Source of the DNA: Candidatus Latescibacterota bacterium
GTDB taxonomy: Bacteria; Latescibacterota; UBA2968
Assembly: GCA_965207885.1 (NCBI GenBank)
Contig: OZ242311.1
Location: 4,288,001-4,352,000 of the forward strand
DNA length: 64,000 nucleotides
Direction: 5' to 3'
Numbering within the stretch: the first letter of the stretch is position 1; each line of letters opens with the position of its first letter. The notes under the pieces are model-generated. The model saw nothing but the letters and a program-made list of their open reading frames with translations, was not told the origin of the DNA and did no database searches. A program made the translations under genes and the position numbers. Below, piece after piece: positions 37,750 to 47,695 of the stretch.

Positions 37750-40700
37750 ATGACCAAACCTCTTGACCGCACGGGCACCTGGCAGACGTATTCTCTGGAT
37801 AGCGGCCTGGCCGGGATGCGCATTGAACACATTGCGCAAGATAGTGAGGGTTGTCTCTGGTTCGCCACCTGGGACAACGGTGCCAGCCGATTTGATGGAG
37901 ACGAGTTCCGAAATTTTACCGAACGAGACGGTCTTTGTAGTGACCGGACTTTTTTTGTTCAAAAGGACAGTCGTGATCGGTTGTGGTTCGGTACATCAAA
38001 GGGCGTATGCTGGTACGACGGGGCAAATTTTCACCATTTGAAGGACGATGGCATTGCAGGCCGATCCGTGCAGTGCATCTACGAAGACAGTGAGGGACGT
38101 ATATGGTTCGGTGGCAAGAGTACTCTGGGATATTACGATGGCACTGCTTTCCACGACATGACCCCGCTCTACCTCCAGCGCTACGAGCAGCCTCCCTCTC
38201 CTAAGGTTTCTTTTTGTTGGGGTATCACCCAGGATATGGAAGGTCACCTGTGGTTTGGCTTTGACTACCTCATCCGCTTTGATGGGCAATCCTTTTACCG
38301 CTATGATGAGAAAGAGGGTTTTCCCAAAGATGCGGTCGCCTATGTTTTGGATAGAGACCATACCGGCAAAGTGTGGATCGGTCGGTTCGAAAATCGAGAT
38401 GAACTCTGGTGCTATGCCGATGGCACTTTCCAGTCTGTTCAGGTAGATTTGGGGGGGTGGCTGCGCAAAATTCAGTGTGATCGGGAAGGGCGAATATGGT
38501 TCTGTACCTCAGAGGGAGTACTATATCAGGACGGTAATAGATTCAGCAGGTTTCCCCTTGTCGATGGCTTGCATCCCGCAGTCAAAGCCGTATTTCAGGA
38601 TGGCGAGGATCAGTTTTGGTTCGCCACCTGGAGTGGCATTGGGCTTTACGATGCGCATAGTATCAGCGTTTTTGACCCCGATAAGGTGTTTCCCAAAGAT
38701 ATAGAGCCGTGCGAGATCTCTCAGCTTGTGCAAGACAGTCGTGGTGATATATGGATCGGGTATATTTCTCCCATTCTGGCTTCTCTGGGCAAAAGAGTCG
38801 CCCGTTTTGATGGTAAGGACTTTGCATTCTTAGGCCCCGAGCAAGACTTTGCTATCGACAACTGTCTTTCTATCTACGAGGACCACGAGGGGTATTTGTG
38901 GTTTGGCGGCGGCACTGGCCTGTTCCGCTACGATGGACAAAAAATAGAAAAAACGGAAATAGCGACAGGCTTAGGCGAAAAGAGTATCAGCACAATTACC
39001 CAGGACGCACAGGGACAATTCCTTTTTGGTCATTGGGAAAGCGGCACGCCAATAAATAGAGAAGATTTTCTTATCAGTCCATTAAAGCTCATTTACCAGC
39101 AAGGAGAGCAGTTCCAAACCATTTTTGTGGAGAAAGAAAAAAAAGATGCTTTTAGTCACATTAGTCGCATCGGTACTGTGATTGTCGGACGCACGGGCGA
39201 GGTCTGGTTCCATCTGGCCTACCATAATTTCTCCGACACCGACAAGGGCTTCGCGCGCTGGCATCCCAAAGATGGGCTCAAATTTTATGGACTTGAAGAT
39301 GGGCTGATAGACGATAGGGTCACCGATCTTTTGGAAGACCATCAGGGAAACCTGTGGATCGCTACTCAGGGTGGTCTGGCTTGCTTTGATGGTAGCAACT
39401 TTCAGGCCTTCACGATTGAAGATGGCTTGCCGAACAATCGCATCCGTTGTCTATTCGAGGATTCGCGAGGACACCTCTGGCTCGGTACAGACGGGGGTGT
39501 GGTTCACTACGATGGTCAGCATTTCCAAACGATCAAGTCACCGCATATAGGATTGGTTTGCAAGATACTCGAAGATCGCGATGGAAATTTCTGGTTTGGC
39601 ACTGCGCTGGGTTCTATCATACGCTACCGTCAGCGGCAAACGCCGCCACAGATTCGCCTGCTTCGGGTGATTGTCGATAAGGTCTATGAGAACTCGAAGG
39701 AAGTCATTGTATCCACGGCAGGACAGCAGGTGATTTTCGAGTACAAAGGCATGAGTTTTTCCACCCATCCCCGCGACATGCTCTATATCTATCGCCTGGA
39801 GGGATACGATTCTGACTGGCAGCCTGCGACGCGAAAGATGCGGGTGCATTACCGGGACTTGCCACCGGGAGACTACGCTTTCCAGGTCAGGGCGATAGAT
39901 CACGACCTCAATTATTCAGAGATAGCGCAAGCGCGACTCTCAGTAGAGCCTGACCCACGTATCGAAGCATTTACGGACGTAATCAACCATCGAGGAAGCC
40001 AGAAGTTTATCGGTCATAGCGCAGCACTGCGCCAGTTTCAAACCAATCTTGAAAAAATTGCACCCACCAATATAACCGTGCTGATTATGGGCGAGACGGG
40101 TGTGGGCAAAGGACTGGCGGCGCGGGTGTTACACGCGCTGAGTGCCAATAGCGAGGGGCCTTTTATAGAGGTCAGTTGCGGCGCACTGCCCGAGGCATTG
40201 ATCGATAGCGAACTGTTTGGTCACGAGAAAGGGGCGTTTACCACTGCAGTTTCCCACAGATTGGGCAGGGTGGAACTGGCGAAGGGTGGCACACTCTTTT
40301 TAGATGAGATTGGGGATATGGCTCTTGAAACGCAGGTCAAGCTGTTGCGCTTGCTGGAAGAGGGCACATTTGAGCGCGTTGGGAGCAGCGAGACACTGAC
40401 GGCGCAGACGCGCATTGTGGCAGCGACCAATCGCGACTTAAAGGAGATGGTCAGCACAGGTGATTTTCGGGAGGATCTCTATTACCGCCTCAATGCCTTT
40501 CTGATGTATTTGCCGCCGCTGCGCGAGCGCAAGGAAGATATACCGGAGTTGGCCGAGTATTTCAAGGATCGTCTATCAGCACATATAGGCAAGCAAACAG
40601 ATCCTTTGACGCCAGAAATCATCAAGATATTGCAAACCTATGATTGGCCAGGCAATGTGCGGGAACTGGAACATACCATACAACGGGCAGTGATCTTGTG

Positions 40701-40965
40701 TCCTGATTCTCAAATCGGAGTGGAGGACCTGGGATTGTATGGTTATCGAATCGAAGATATGGGTCAGCGGACCTTATCCGCTTCTCAAGACCGCCCAATC
40801 GTTCCCTTAAATGAGTTTGAACGCCGCTACATCCTCGACGTGCTCAAAGCCACCAAATATCAGATAAAGGGACCTGAGGGCGCGGCGACATTGCTGGGAG
40901 TACCGCCTTCTACCCTGTACGGCAAAATGAAAAGACTGGGTATCAAAAATCAAAAACCAAAGTAG
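37750..40965 (+). CDS. Sigma54-dependent activator (bEBP) with Reg_prop beta-propeller and Y_Y_Y sensor domains
   Basis: D..G.LW(F/I)(G/A)T repeats, YIYRLEGYD..W (Y_Y_Y), GETGVGK, ELFGHEKGAFTTA, FLDEIG, WPGNVREL, Fis HTH; no signal peptide or TM helix seen. Confidence 0.92.
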   Translation: MTKPLDRTGTWQTYSLDSGLAGMRIEHIAQDSEGCLWFATWDNGASRFDGDEFRNFTERDGLCSDRTFFVQKDSRDRLWFGTSKGVCWYDGANFHHLKDDGIAGRSVQCIYEDSEGRIWFGGKSTLGYYDGTAFHDMTPLYLQRYEQPPSPKVSFCWGITQDMEGHLWFGFDYLIRFDGQSFYRYDEKEGFPKDAVAYVLDRDHTGKVWIGRFENRDELWCYADGTFQSVQVDLGGWLRKIQCDREGRIWFCTSEGVLYQDGNRFSRFPLVDGLHPAVKAVFQDGEDQFWFATWSGIGLYDAHSISVFDPDKVFPKDIEPCEISQLVQDSRGDIWIGYISPILASLGKRVARFDGKDFAFLGPEQDFAIDNCLSIYEDHEGYLWFGGGTGLFRYDGQKIEKTEIATGLGEKSISTITQDAQGQFLFGHWESGTPINREDFLISPLKLIYQQGEQFQTIFVEKEKKDAFSHISRIGTVIVGRTGEVWFHLAYHNFSDTDKGFARWHPKDGLKFYGLEDGLIDDRVTDLLEDHQGNLWIATQGGLACFDGSNFQAFTIEDGLPNNRIRCLFEDSRGHLWLGTDGGVVHYDGQHFQTIKSPHIGLVCKILEDRDGNFWFGTALGSIIRYRQRQTPPQIRLLRVIVDKVYENSKEVIVSTAGQQVIFEYKGMSFSTHPRDMLYIYRLEGYDSDWQPATRKMRVHYRDLPPGDYAFQVRAIDHDLNYSEIAQARLSVEPDPRIEAFTDVINHRGSQKFIGHSAALRQFQTNLEKIAPTNITVLIMGETGVGKGLAARVLHALSANSEGPFIEVSCGALPEALIDSELFGHEKGAFTTAVSHRLGRVELAKGGTLFLDEIGDMALETQVKLLRLLEEGTFERVGSSETLTAQTRIVAATNRDLKEMVSTGDFREDLYYRLNAFLMYLPPLRERKEDIPELAEYFKDRLSAHIGKQTDPLTPEIIKILQTYDWPGNVRELEHTIQRAVILCPDSQIGVEDLGLYGYRIEDMGQRTLSASQDRPIVPLNEFERRYILDVLKATKYQIKGPEGAATLLGVPPSTLYGKMKRLGIKNQKPK

Positions 40966-40966
40966 A

Positions 40967-41923
40967 TTATACATTATCGCGAATTTTTCCCCAAACAGTA
41001 GCCGCAGCGTGGACATCTTGAATCGCCAGACCGCTCGAATACGCAATACATCCCTGCCCGCGCAAGTGTTCCAAATGTCCCAATGCTGCATGCCCGATAT
41101 TTAATATCTCATCCCCCTCGCCTTTTACCCAGCGGGGCGTCTCCTCTCTCTCGCACAACGCGAGAAACTCCCCCGACTTCAGCACCTGATCACCGTGATC
41201 AGGCACCATAAATCGCCGCGTCAACAATCCCGGATCCAATTGCGTGGAGCGCCCATCGCCTCCAATCACAGAAATATGCACCTGGCTTTCCACATCGAAT
41301 AGAATCGGCTCAGGCGTTGGCACAGAAGTAAAAATGGCATCTGCCCCATCAATACAGGACTCAATATCCGCAACCACCTCCAGATCACAGGAAATATCCC
41401 CTCCAACTTCTGCTTGATATGCCGCACGCCTCTCGGGCGTCCTGCTCGTTACGCGTATGGTCTCTGGCGCCAGAGCCGCATCAATACACCTACCCAGTGC
41501 CTGTGCAATGCGCCCCGTCCCCAGAATCGCCGCCGTGCGTACCGGCGACTTAGCCAAATACTTCGCCCCCAACGCGCCCGCCGCGCCCGTACGCATATTG
41601 GTAATACGCTCGGCATCAAACGAAATGCGGTCGCCCCTCCGCACATCCTCCAACTCGATCACAGCGGTTCTCGAACCCAACCGCCCCACCTTGACATCCG
41701 AACGCTCCTCAATAACCTTTTGTCCCGTAAATCTCCCCTTCCACCAGCCCGGCATCACCAGACGAAAAAGATCCATCTCACCCTCGCGCGAAACCTCTTC
41801 TTTCCGCAGCGGACTGACCATTTTCCCAAGACCATAAAGCCGAAACGCCTCGTCGCAACTCTCGACAAAATCCCGTGTCGTCATCACCGAAGCAATTTGC
41901 TCATCTGAAATATACTGTCGCAT
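40967..41923 (-). CDS. Ornithine cyclodeaminase / mu-crystallin family
   Basis: ITNMRTGAAGALG, GTGRIA, SSGLAIQDV. Confidence 0.85.
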   Translation of the reverse strand: MRQYISDEQIASVMTTRDFVESCDEAFRLYGLGKMVSPLRKEEVSREGEMDLFRLVMPGWWKGRFTGQKVIEERSDVKVGRLGSRTAVIELEDVRRGDRISFDAERITNMRTGAAGALGAKYLAKSPVRTAAILGTGRIAQALGRCIDAALAPETIRVTSRTPERRAAYQAEVGGDISCDLEVVADIESCIDGADAIFTSVPTPEPILFDVESQVHISVIGGDGRSTQLDPGLLTRRFMVPDHGDQVLKSGEFLALCEREETPRWVKGEGDEILNIGHAALGHLEHLRGQGCIAYSSGLAIQDVHAAATVWGKIRDNV

Positions 41924-41960
41924 GTATTCCTCACTTAAGAATGGGCAAGCCCCACCCAAC

Positions 41961-41987
41961 GGGCGGGCACGGGGGCACCGCCCCTAC
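41961..41987 (-). repeat. GTAG-type REP element
   Basis: Minus strand GTAGGGGCGGTGCCCCCGTGCCCGCCC: GTAG tetranucleotide plus GC-rich imperfect hairpin, intergenic. Confidence 0.65.
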
Positions 41988-42112
41988 ATTGATTGAATTA
42001 TCATACTGACATTGTGCTGCACGTGTGCCTGATCATTGACATTTGTTTTTGGGCGATCTATTTTAAGGCTATAGGGATACAATGTAATCAACTGAACCGG
42101 ACGAGGTAATGA

Positions 42113-42874
42113 GTGAGATTATTTACACTCAAAACAGCCTCTCTGATCTTACTTCTTGGGGAGATTTTCATGGCACACCCAACTCATGCCGATCGCCCAA
42201 TGTACACTATTTATCGCGCAGGCACACCAATTGTAATTGACGGACGCCTGGATGAACCCGCATGGGTCGCGGCCCCAGACGTGGGAGCCTTTGTATTTCC
42301 GTGGTACGAATCGGGCAAAAAAGAACAAACCATAGCCAAAATGCTATGGGACGACAATAACTTATACGTCTCATACATCTGTGAAGATGCACATATTTGG
42401 GCAGAACACACCACGCGCGATTCCGACGTGTGGAAAGACGACACCGTCGAAGTATTCACAGCACCCAATCCCAATCAGCCCCAGGCTTATTTCAATATCG
42501 AAATGAACGTACTCGGCATCTTTCTCGACCAGTTTCATCCACAAGGTCCAGATGCACCCGTACCCGGCGAGTGGAACGGCGAAGGTATTCAAATCAAAAC
42601 GCAGATAGCAGGCACATTGAACGATGACAGCGACGAAGACGAATACTGGATATTGGAAGCCGCCATACCCTTTGCTAATTTTGCACACGTCGCCGTACAT
42701 ACCCCACCCAAAACCGGTGACATCTGGCACTTAAATCTAAATCGCCTGGGCGGAAAAACCAATGAGCAATTTAGCCAGTGGTCGGGCAGCCGCACGCCGG
42801 AGCCGCAGTTTCATTCGCCAGATGATTTTGGGCGGGTAGTATTCTCGGATAAAGCGAGTCCATTCTCGCGATAA
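42113..42874 (+). CDS. CBM9-like carbohydrate-binding protein
   Basis: IDGRLDEPAW, MLWDDNNLYV, DTVEVF, LEAAIPF, FH.P..FG. Confidence 0.82.
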   Translation: MRLFTLKTASLILLLGEIFMAHPTHADRPMYTIYRAGTPIVIDGRLDEPAWVAAPDVGAFVFPWYESGKKEQTIAKMLWDDNNLYVSYICEDAHIWAEHTTRDSDVWKDDTVEVFTAPNPNQPQAYFNIEMNVLGIFLDQFHPQGPDAPVPGEWNGEGIQIKTQIAGTLNDDSDEDEYWILEAAIPFANFAHVAVHTPPKTGDIWHLNLNRLGGKTNEQFSQWSGSRTPEPQFHSPDDFGRVVFSDKASPFSR

Positions 42875-42892
42875 TCGCAAAAGGAGAAAAAC

Positions 42893-43969
42893 ATGTCACA
42901 GACATTGCCATTGCTCGAAGTCAGTGGTTCGCCAACAGAGCGAGGTCAGGCGCAGGGTGAGACATTTAAGGAACTGATTCGGGACCTTGTCACCGTCAAT
43001 TTTGAGGATATGGTCCACGGAACACAGGGCTATCTGACAAAAGAGCGCGTGTATGAAATTGTATCAACTTACGCGGGACCCAACCGCGACTATGCACCCC
43101 ATCTGTTTGAAGAGATGGAAGGAATCGCCGAGGCAGCGGACGTACCCGTAGAAGACCTGCTCGCATTAAACGGCTTTTTGGAATTACACGATTATTATTC
43201 CGATGCATTTATGGTATCGGGTTGCACATCGTTCATGGTTCCGGGAAGCACATCGGGCGAAGGCGCGTTAATCGCGCAAAATTACGACCTCTCGTCAATC
43301 TATGCAGCGGCAGCAATCTTGATCAAAGTCAAAAACGAACACGCACCCGACGCGCTCTTTTACACATCTGCCGGCATGCTGGGCTGTGCGGGCGTAAACG
43401 ACGCGGGCATTGGCGTCGTCATCAACAACCTCGTGCCATCAGATGCATCGGGTGGCGTGCTTTATCCCCTCATCATTCGGCGCATCCTGGAATCCGTGCG
43501 AATTGGAGATGCCATAGATGCAGTGATAGCAAAACCGAGAGCATCGGGTATGAATTACGTAATATGCGATGAAAATGGCGAAATATACGATCTCGAAACC
43601 ACGGCGAGAGAATACGAAGTCATCTGTCCCTTTGATGGTCCCATGGCCCATTCAAATCACTACCTGACGGATCGGCTCAAGCCCTTTGAAAGGCGTCAAT
43701 GGGATCAGCGCGGCCAGAGCATCTTGCGCTGGGGACGTGCGACCAGATTATTAAAATCCTGCGACAAACGCAATGCGGACGCCCTGAAAAATATGCTATC
43801 AGACCGCGTAAATACCCCCGTGGGTATATGCCGCCACAACGAAATCCACAATGGCGAAGTCTGCGGTCAAACCATTGCCGGCATCGTGCTCGATCCCCCG
43901 GGACGAAAAGCGTGGTTCACCAGAGGACCGACCGGTGAAAACGAGTGGGTTGAATATCGTCTAAACTAA
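42893..43969 (+). CDS. Peptidase C45 / AAT-family Ntn hydrolase
   Basis: ERGQAQG, GCTS autocleavage site, AQNYD, GVNDAG, HSNHY. Confidence 0.85.
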   Translation: MSQTLPLLEVSGSPTERGQAQGETFKELIRDLVTVNFEDMVHGTQGYLTKERVYEIVSTYAGPNRDYAPHLFEEMEGIAEAADVPVEDLLALNGFLELHDYYSDAFMVSGCTSFMVPGSTSGEGALIAQNYDLSSIYAAAAILIKVKNEHAPDALFYTSAGMLGCAGVNDAGIGVVINNLVPSDASGGVLYPLIIRRILESVRIGDAIDAVIAKPRASGMNYVICDENGEIYDLETTAREYEVICPFDGPMAHSNHYLTDRLKPFERRQWDQRGQSILRWGRATRLLKSCDKRNADALKNMLSDRVNTPVGICRHNEIHNGEVCGQTIAGIVLDPPGRKAWFTRGPTGENEWVEYRLN

Positions 43970-43988
43970 AAAAAGCCGCATTCCTGTT

Positions 43989-44030
43989 AAGGCCGTTGCG
44001 AGAGATGATCCTCCTGCAACGGTCTTTTTT
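43989..44030 (+). terminator. Intrinsic terminator
   Basis: GGCCGTTGC...GCAACGGTC-T6. Confidence 0.7.
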
Positions 44031-44031
44031 C

Positions 44032-44060
44032 TTGAATAATATACAAATGTGCAGTATACT
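44032..44060 (+). promoter_or_regulatory. Sigma70 promoter of the radical SAM gene
   Basis: TTGAAT-N17-TATACT. Confidence 0.6.
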
Positions 44061-44094
44061 TCTCAGGAATTAAAGCGAACGGGAGGCGGAAGAC

Positions 44095-44868
44095 ATGCCA
44101 TCATTGCACATTGACGAGACCAGTGTAAAATCGGTACTCGTGCCTCAAAATCCACCTGGCGAACCCATAACGGAATACACGCTCAACCCCTATTCCGGCT
44201 GTGGCATGGGATGTGCCTATTGCTATGTAATGAAGTTCCCATTCGCCTACGAATATCCCAAAGCATGGGGTAAATGGGTGCAGCCCAAAATGAACGCGCC
44301 ATTTTTGTTAGGCAAGGCGCGTGCCAAAATTTATGGGCGCAAAGTTTTCATGGGATCAGCAACCGATCCCTATCAATATATCGAGCGGAAATATCGATTG
44401 AGCCGACGCTGCTTAAAAGTGATGGTAGATTGCAATTTGAAGGCTCTAACCGTACATACGCGCAGTCATCTGATCTTGGACGACCTGGATTTGTTGGTGC
44501 GATTTGGCAGTCGATTGCGGGTGGGATTTTCCGTGCCGACGAATGACGATCGGGTACGCAAACGCACAGAGCCGAAAGCACCAAAAATCGGCGTACGTCT
44601 CAAAGCGATGAAGCGATTGCGCGAAGCCGGCATTCACGTCACCGCATCGCTTGCCCCCGTACTGTATTGTCAACCACGCGAATTTGCCCAACAAATAGCC
44701 GAAGCAGCTGACGGGGTATATTTTGGCAAAATGGATTATACAGACAGGACTGGGATAGCGTCCATGCCAAAAGCGCGACGCTATTTTAACAGCCTTACAT
44801 ATCGAGAATTGATTGCAGAACTCAAAGCGGAATTGATCAATGTAGGGATGTTGAAAAGCGAAAAATGA
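44095..44868 (+). CDS. Radical SAM protein, spore photoproduct lyase (SplB)-like family
   Basis: NPYSGCGMGCAYCY, SATDPYQ..E. Confidence 0.85.
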   Translation: MPSLHIDETSVKSVLVPQNPPGEPITEYTLNPYSGCGMGCAYCYVMKFPFAYEYPKAWGKWVQPKMNAPFLLGKARAKIYGRKVFMGSATDPYQYIERKYRLSRRCLKVMVDCNLKALTVHTRSHLILDDLDLLVRFGSRLRVGFSVPTNDDRVRKRTEPKAPKIGVRLKAMKRLREAGIHVTASLAPVLYCQPREFAQQIAEAADGVYFGKMDYTDRTGIASMPKARRYFNSLTYRELIAELKAELINVGMLKSEK

Positions 44869-44875
44869 CCTGCGC

Positions 44876-46285
44876 TCATCTCCCCCCACTCGCCGCCGTA
44901 ATAAATCGCCTCTCCCTTTGACTCTTGAGCACCTGCTGTTCAATCTCTTCTGGATCACCCCAAATTTCCAATAACCGCTCGCGCATGGCATCGCGTATTT
45001 CTCGGTGTTGTGCCGACTCTGACAGATCGTTAAACTCATTCGGATCTTCTGCAATATTGAACAACTCGAGCGGATCTCCCGGGCTCATATTGAGCTTGTA
45101 ATCGCCCTTCTTGAGCATACCCACAGGGTGGATAACACCGTGGGCGAGGTATTCGCAGAAGGCTTCATCCTTCCAGGTCTCAATCTCACCATTGATCAGT
45201 GGCAAAAGGCTATCGCCGTCCAGAGGCGCAATATCCATCGAAGCGCCAGCGGCTTCGAGTATGGTAGCCACGAGATCGACGAGTGAAACATTTTGCGCCA
45301 CGCGCAAACCACCCGGAATATGCCCGGGCCAAACAATCTGAAGAGGCACGCGGGAGGACGCCTCATACATATTTGATTTGCGCCACATGCCGTGTTCACC
45401 ATTCATCTCCCCGTGATCTGAGGTATGCACAATAATGGTATTTTCAAGCTGGCCGGTTTCTTCGAGCGCATCGATGAGCTGGCCTATTTTTTCGTCCAAA
45501 TACGAGATAAGTCCGTAATAACCCGAGCGTCCCCTGCGAACGAGTTCTTCGGGAAAATCGGTCATACCAAACATCAGGCGCAGGCGTTTGTAAACCGGGT
45601 GCATATTCTCCATATGGCCTTCGGGGATATCGGGCATATCGATTTGATCCCGCGGATACATATCCCAGAACCGCCGCGGAACCACAAGCGGAAAATGAGG
45701 CGCGATAAACCCCACATTGATACACCAGGGCTGTTCTTTGCGAGCGGGATCTTTGATATACGCGAGAGCAGCTTCTTCAACCTGATCGTCAACCTGTATT
45801 TCAGTCGTTGTACCTGGCCCCGCCTGTGCAATACCCCCCCAGGGTCTCTGAGCTTCCACAACCCCCGCATCCCAATTGCCCTCGCCGCGCGGAACACCAT
45901 TCTTTGTCCACAATTCCGCATGCAAATCGCGCGCGAGTTGCGTGCGAAAACCGTGCAATTGATCGAGACCACAAAAATGCTGTTTACCCGATATCACAAC
46001 ATCGTAACCGACATTTCGCAAGCGATGCGCCCACGTAACCGTATCCGACGACATAGGAAAACCATTGTCATAAGTACCAATACGATTGATATAACGCCCC
46101 GTCATAAATGACATGCGCGACGGACCGCAAATCGGCGAATTGCAATACGCATTATCAAACGTGGCCCCCATATCGGCCAGACGCTCCATATTGGGCGATT
46201 GCACCAGTGAATGCCCGTGAATACTGCTGTATTGGGGGGCATGCTCATCAGACATAATAATCAGAATATTGGGCTTATCAGACAT
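44876..46285 (-). CDS. Sulfatase (choline-sulfatase-like)
   Basis: PNILIIMSDEH, CGPSRMS, PHFP, TSDHGEM. Confidence 0.9.
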   Translation of the reverse strand: MSDKPNILIIMSDEHAPQYSSIHGHSLVQSPNMERLADMGATFDNAYCNSPICGPSRMSFMTGRYINRIGTYDNGFPMSSDTVTWAHRLRNVGYDVVISGKQHFCGLDQLHGFRTQLARDLHAELWTKNGVPRGEGNWDAGVVEAQRPWGGIAQAGPGTTTEIQVDDQVEEAALAYIKDPARKEQPWCINVGFIAPHFPLVVPRRFWDMYPRDQIDMPDIPEGHMENMHPVYKRLRLMFGMTDFPEELVRRGRSGYYGLISYLDEKIGQLIDALEETGQLENTIIVHTSDHGEMNGEHGMWRKSNMYEASSRVPLQIVWPGHIPGGLRVAQNVSLVDLVATILEAAGASMDIAPLDGDSLLPLINGEIETWKDEAFCEYLAHGVIHPVGMLKKGDYKLNMSPGDPLELFNIAEDPNEFNDLSESAQHREIRDAMRERLLEIWGDPEEIEQQVLKSQRERRFITAASGGR

Positions 46286-46300
46286 AAATACTCCTGTTCT

Positions 46301-47338
46301 TCACGCCGAAACCACATCCACAGGTTCACCGGCTTGATCGGCGAGCGCGGTATCAAAAATATTCTCAAGTGTACACTGCGGGTCGTATCCTATCAGCGTG
46401 CGCGCCTTGCTATTATCAGACCAATAGACCCACTGCATAGGAACCTCAACCGCAAAAAGAGGAACACCCGTTATCTCCGCGAGATAATCTGCCACCTCGG
46501 GAAAAGCGAGCGGCCGGTAAATCGGCGCATTGAACACCTCGCCAACAGCCGCGGGATGATCCAGCGCGCAAATACACGCCCGCGCAGTATCGCGTGCATC
46601 AGAAGGCGACCACATCCACGGACGCCCCTCGCGATCAGTAACAGCACATGGTTGATCGGGACGCTCGGCGTGGTCGAGCATATCCCGTGCAATCGCCGCG
46701 CCATCCGGATGGTAAATACCACTTTTCGGATTATTAGCGGCATCGCGGATGCGTCCTGCCACAAACTGAACATTCCAACGCCCCAGCACCTCTTTGCCCG
46801 CAAACATGCCAGAAGGACGAATAATGGACAATTGGAGATCGTGTCCATTCATATAGCCTTCGGCCATCGCTTCGTTGATATATTTCAGCGTGCCATAAAG
46901 TCCACTCGGGCGTTTGGGATGGATTTCATTCACCGGCTGATAACAGGGCGGAATATGCTGATTGCCCATCGGATAAACCGCATCGGTACTAACATGGACA
47001 AATCGGTAAAGGTGATCTGCCAACGGTGCTGCCGCTTCAAAAAGATTGTACGTACCCGTAACATTAATCTCGTAAAACGTCTGATTGTCCATACCGCGCG
47101 GTGGACCCAGAATATTTGCCGTATGAACAACCGCATCTACACCATCCACAATATCGCGACACAACGCCGCATCTCTGAGATCGCCCTCGATCTTTTCAAT
47201 ATCAAAAGGATCGAGCTTGAATTTCTTGGGATCATCGGGAAGAATCAGCGCGCGAACATCATCCCCACGCTCAACCAACTGCTTGACCACATTCGCGCCC
47301 AAACGCCCCGTAGCACCCGTAACGAGGATTTTACTCAT
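46301..47338 (-). CDS. NAD-dependent epimerase/dehydratase (extended SDR)
   Basis: TGATGRLG, YGTLK. Confidence 0.88.
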   Translation of the reverse strand: MSKILVTGATGRLGANVVKQLVERGDDVRALILPDDPKKFKLDPFDIEKIEGDLRDAALCRDIVDGVDAVVHTANILGPPRGMDNQTFYEINVTGTYNLFEAAAPLADHLYRFVHVSTDAVYPMGNQHIPPCYQPVNEIHPKRPSGLYGTLKYINEAMAEGYMNGHDLQLSIIRPSGMFAGKEVLGRWNVQFVAGRIRDAANNPKSGIYHPDGAAIARDMLDHAERPDQPCAVTDREGRPWMWSPSDARDTARACICALDHPAAVGEVFNAPIYRPLAFPEVADYLAEITGVPLFAVEVPMQWVYWSDNSKARTLIGYDPQCTLENIFDTALADQAGEPVDVVSA

Positions 47339-47359
47339 AGTTTGCCTCTAATAAATTCT

Positions 47360-47662
47360 CTATACTCTGGACAAGCGATGTACAACTTCAAACCGCTCGG
47401 ACTCAGTCGGCTGCGACCAGAGATCACTTGCGCCGCTCATAACGGCCTCCCGCTCGGGACTGGCGCGCCAGCCCTCGTAGATATCTTCATTCTCCCAAAT
47501 GACGAGCGTCGTAATCTTCGTCTCGTCGGCGAGACCGTGAAGCGTCTGACGGCTAACAAATCCGGGAGCCTGACTCTGGGCAATACCGTTGCGATTCAAA
47601 AGATCGCGAGCTTCATCAACACAATCATCTTTAGTCCAGTGATGCGTAAGAACGCCAATCAT
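47360..47662 (-). CDS. Antibiotic biosynthesis monooxygenase (ABM) domain protein
   Basis: PGFVS, VIWEN...W..S pattern; 100 aa; GGAGG RBS. Confidence 0.75.
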   Translation of the reverse strand: MIGVLTHHWTKDDCVDEARDLLNRNGIAQSQAPGFVSRQTLHGLADETKITTLVIWENEDIYEGWRASPEREAVMSGASDLWSQPTESERFEVVHRLSRV

Positions 47663-47695
47663 TAAAAACCTCCATTCGCTGTCTTCTTTCTTACT

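Noticed and set aside
46211-47665. 484-aa plus-strand ORF (also 15867-16958, 61728-62633, 29225-30028, 51279-52139)
   Set aside because: Antisense shadows of well-supported genes; no domain motifs
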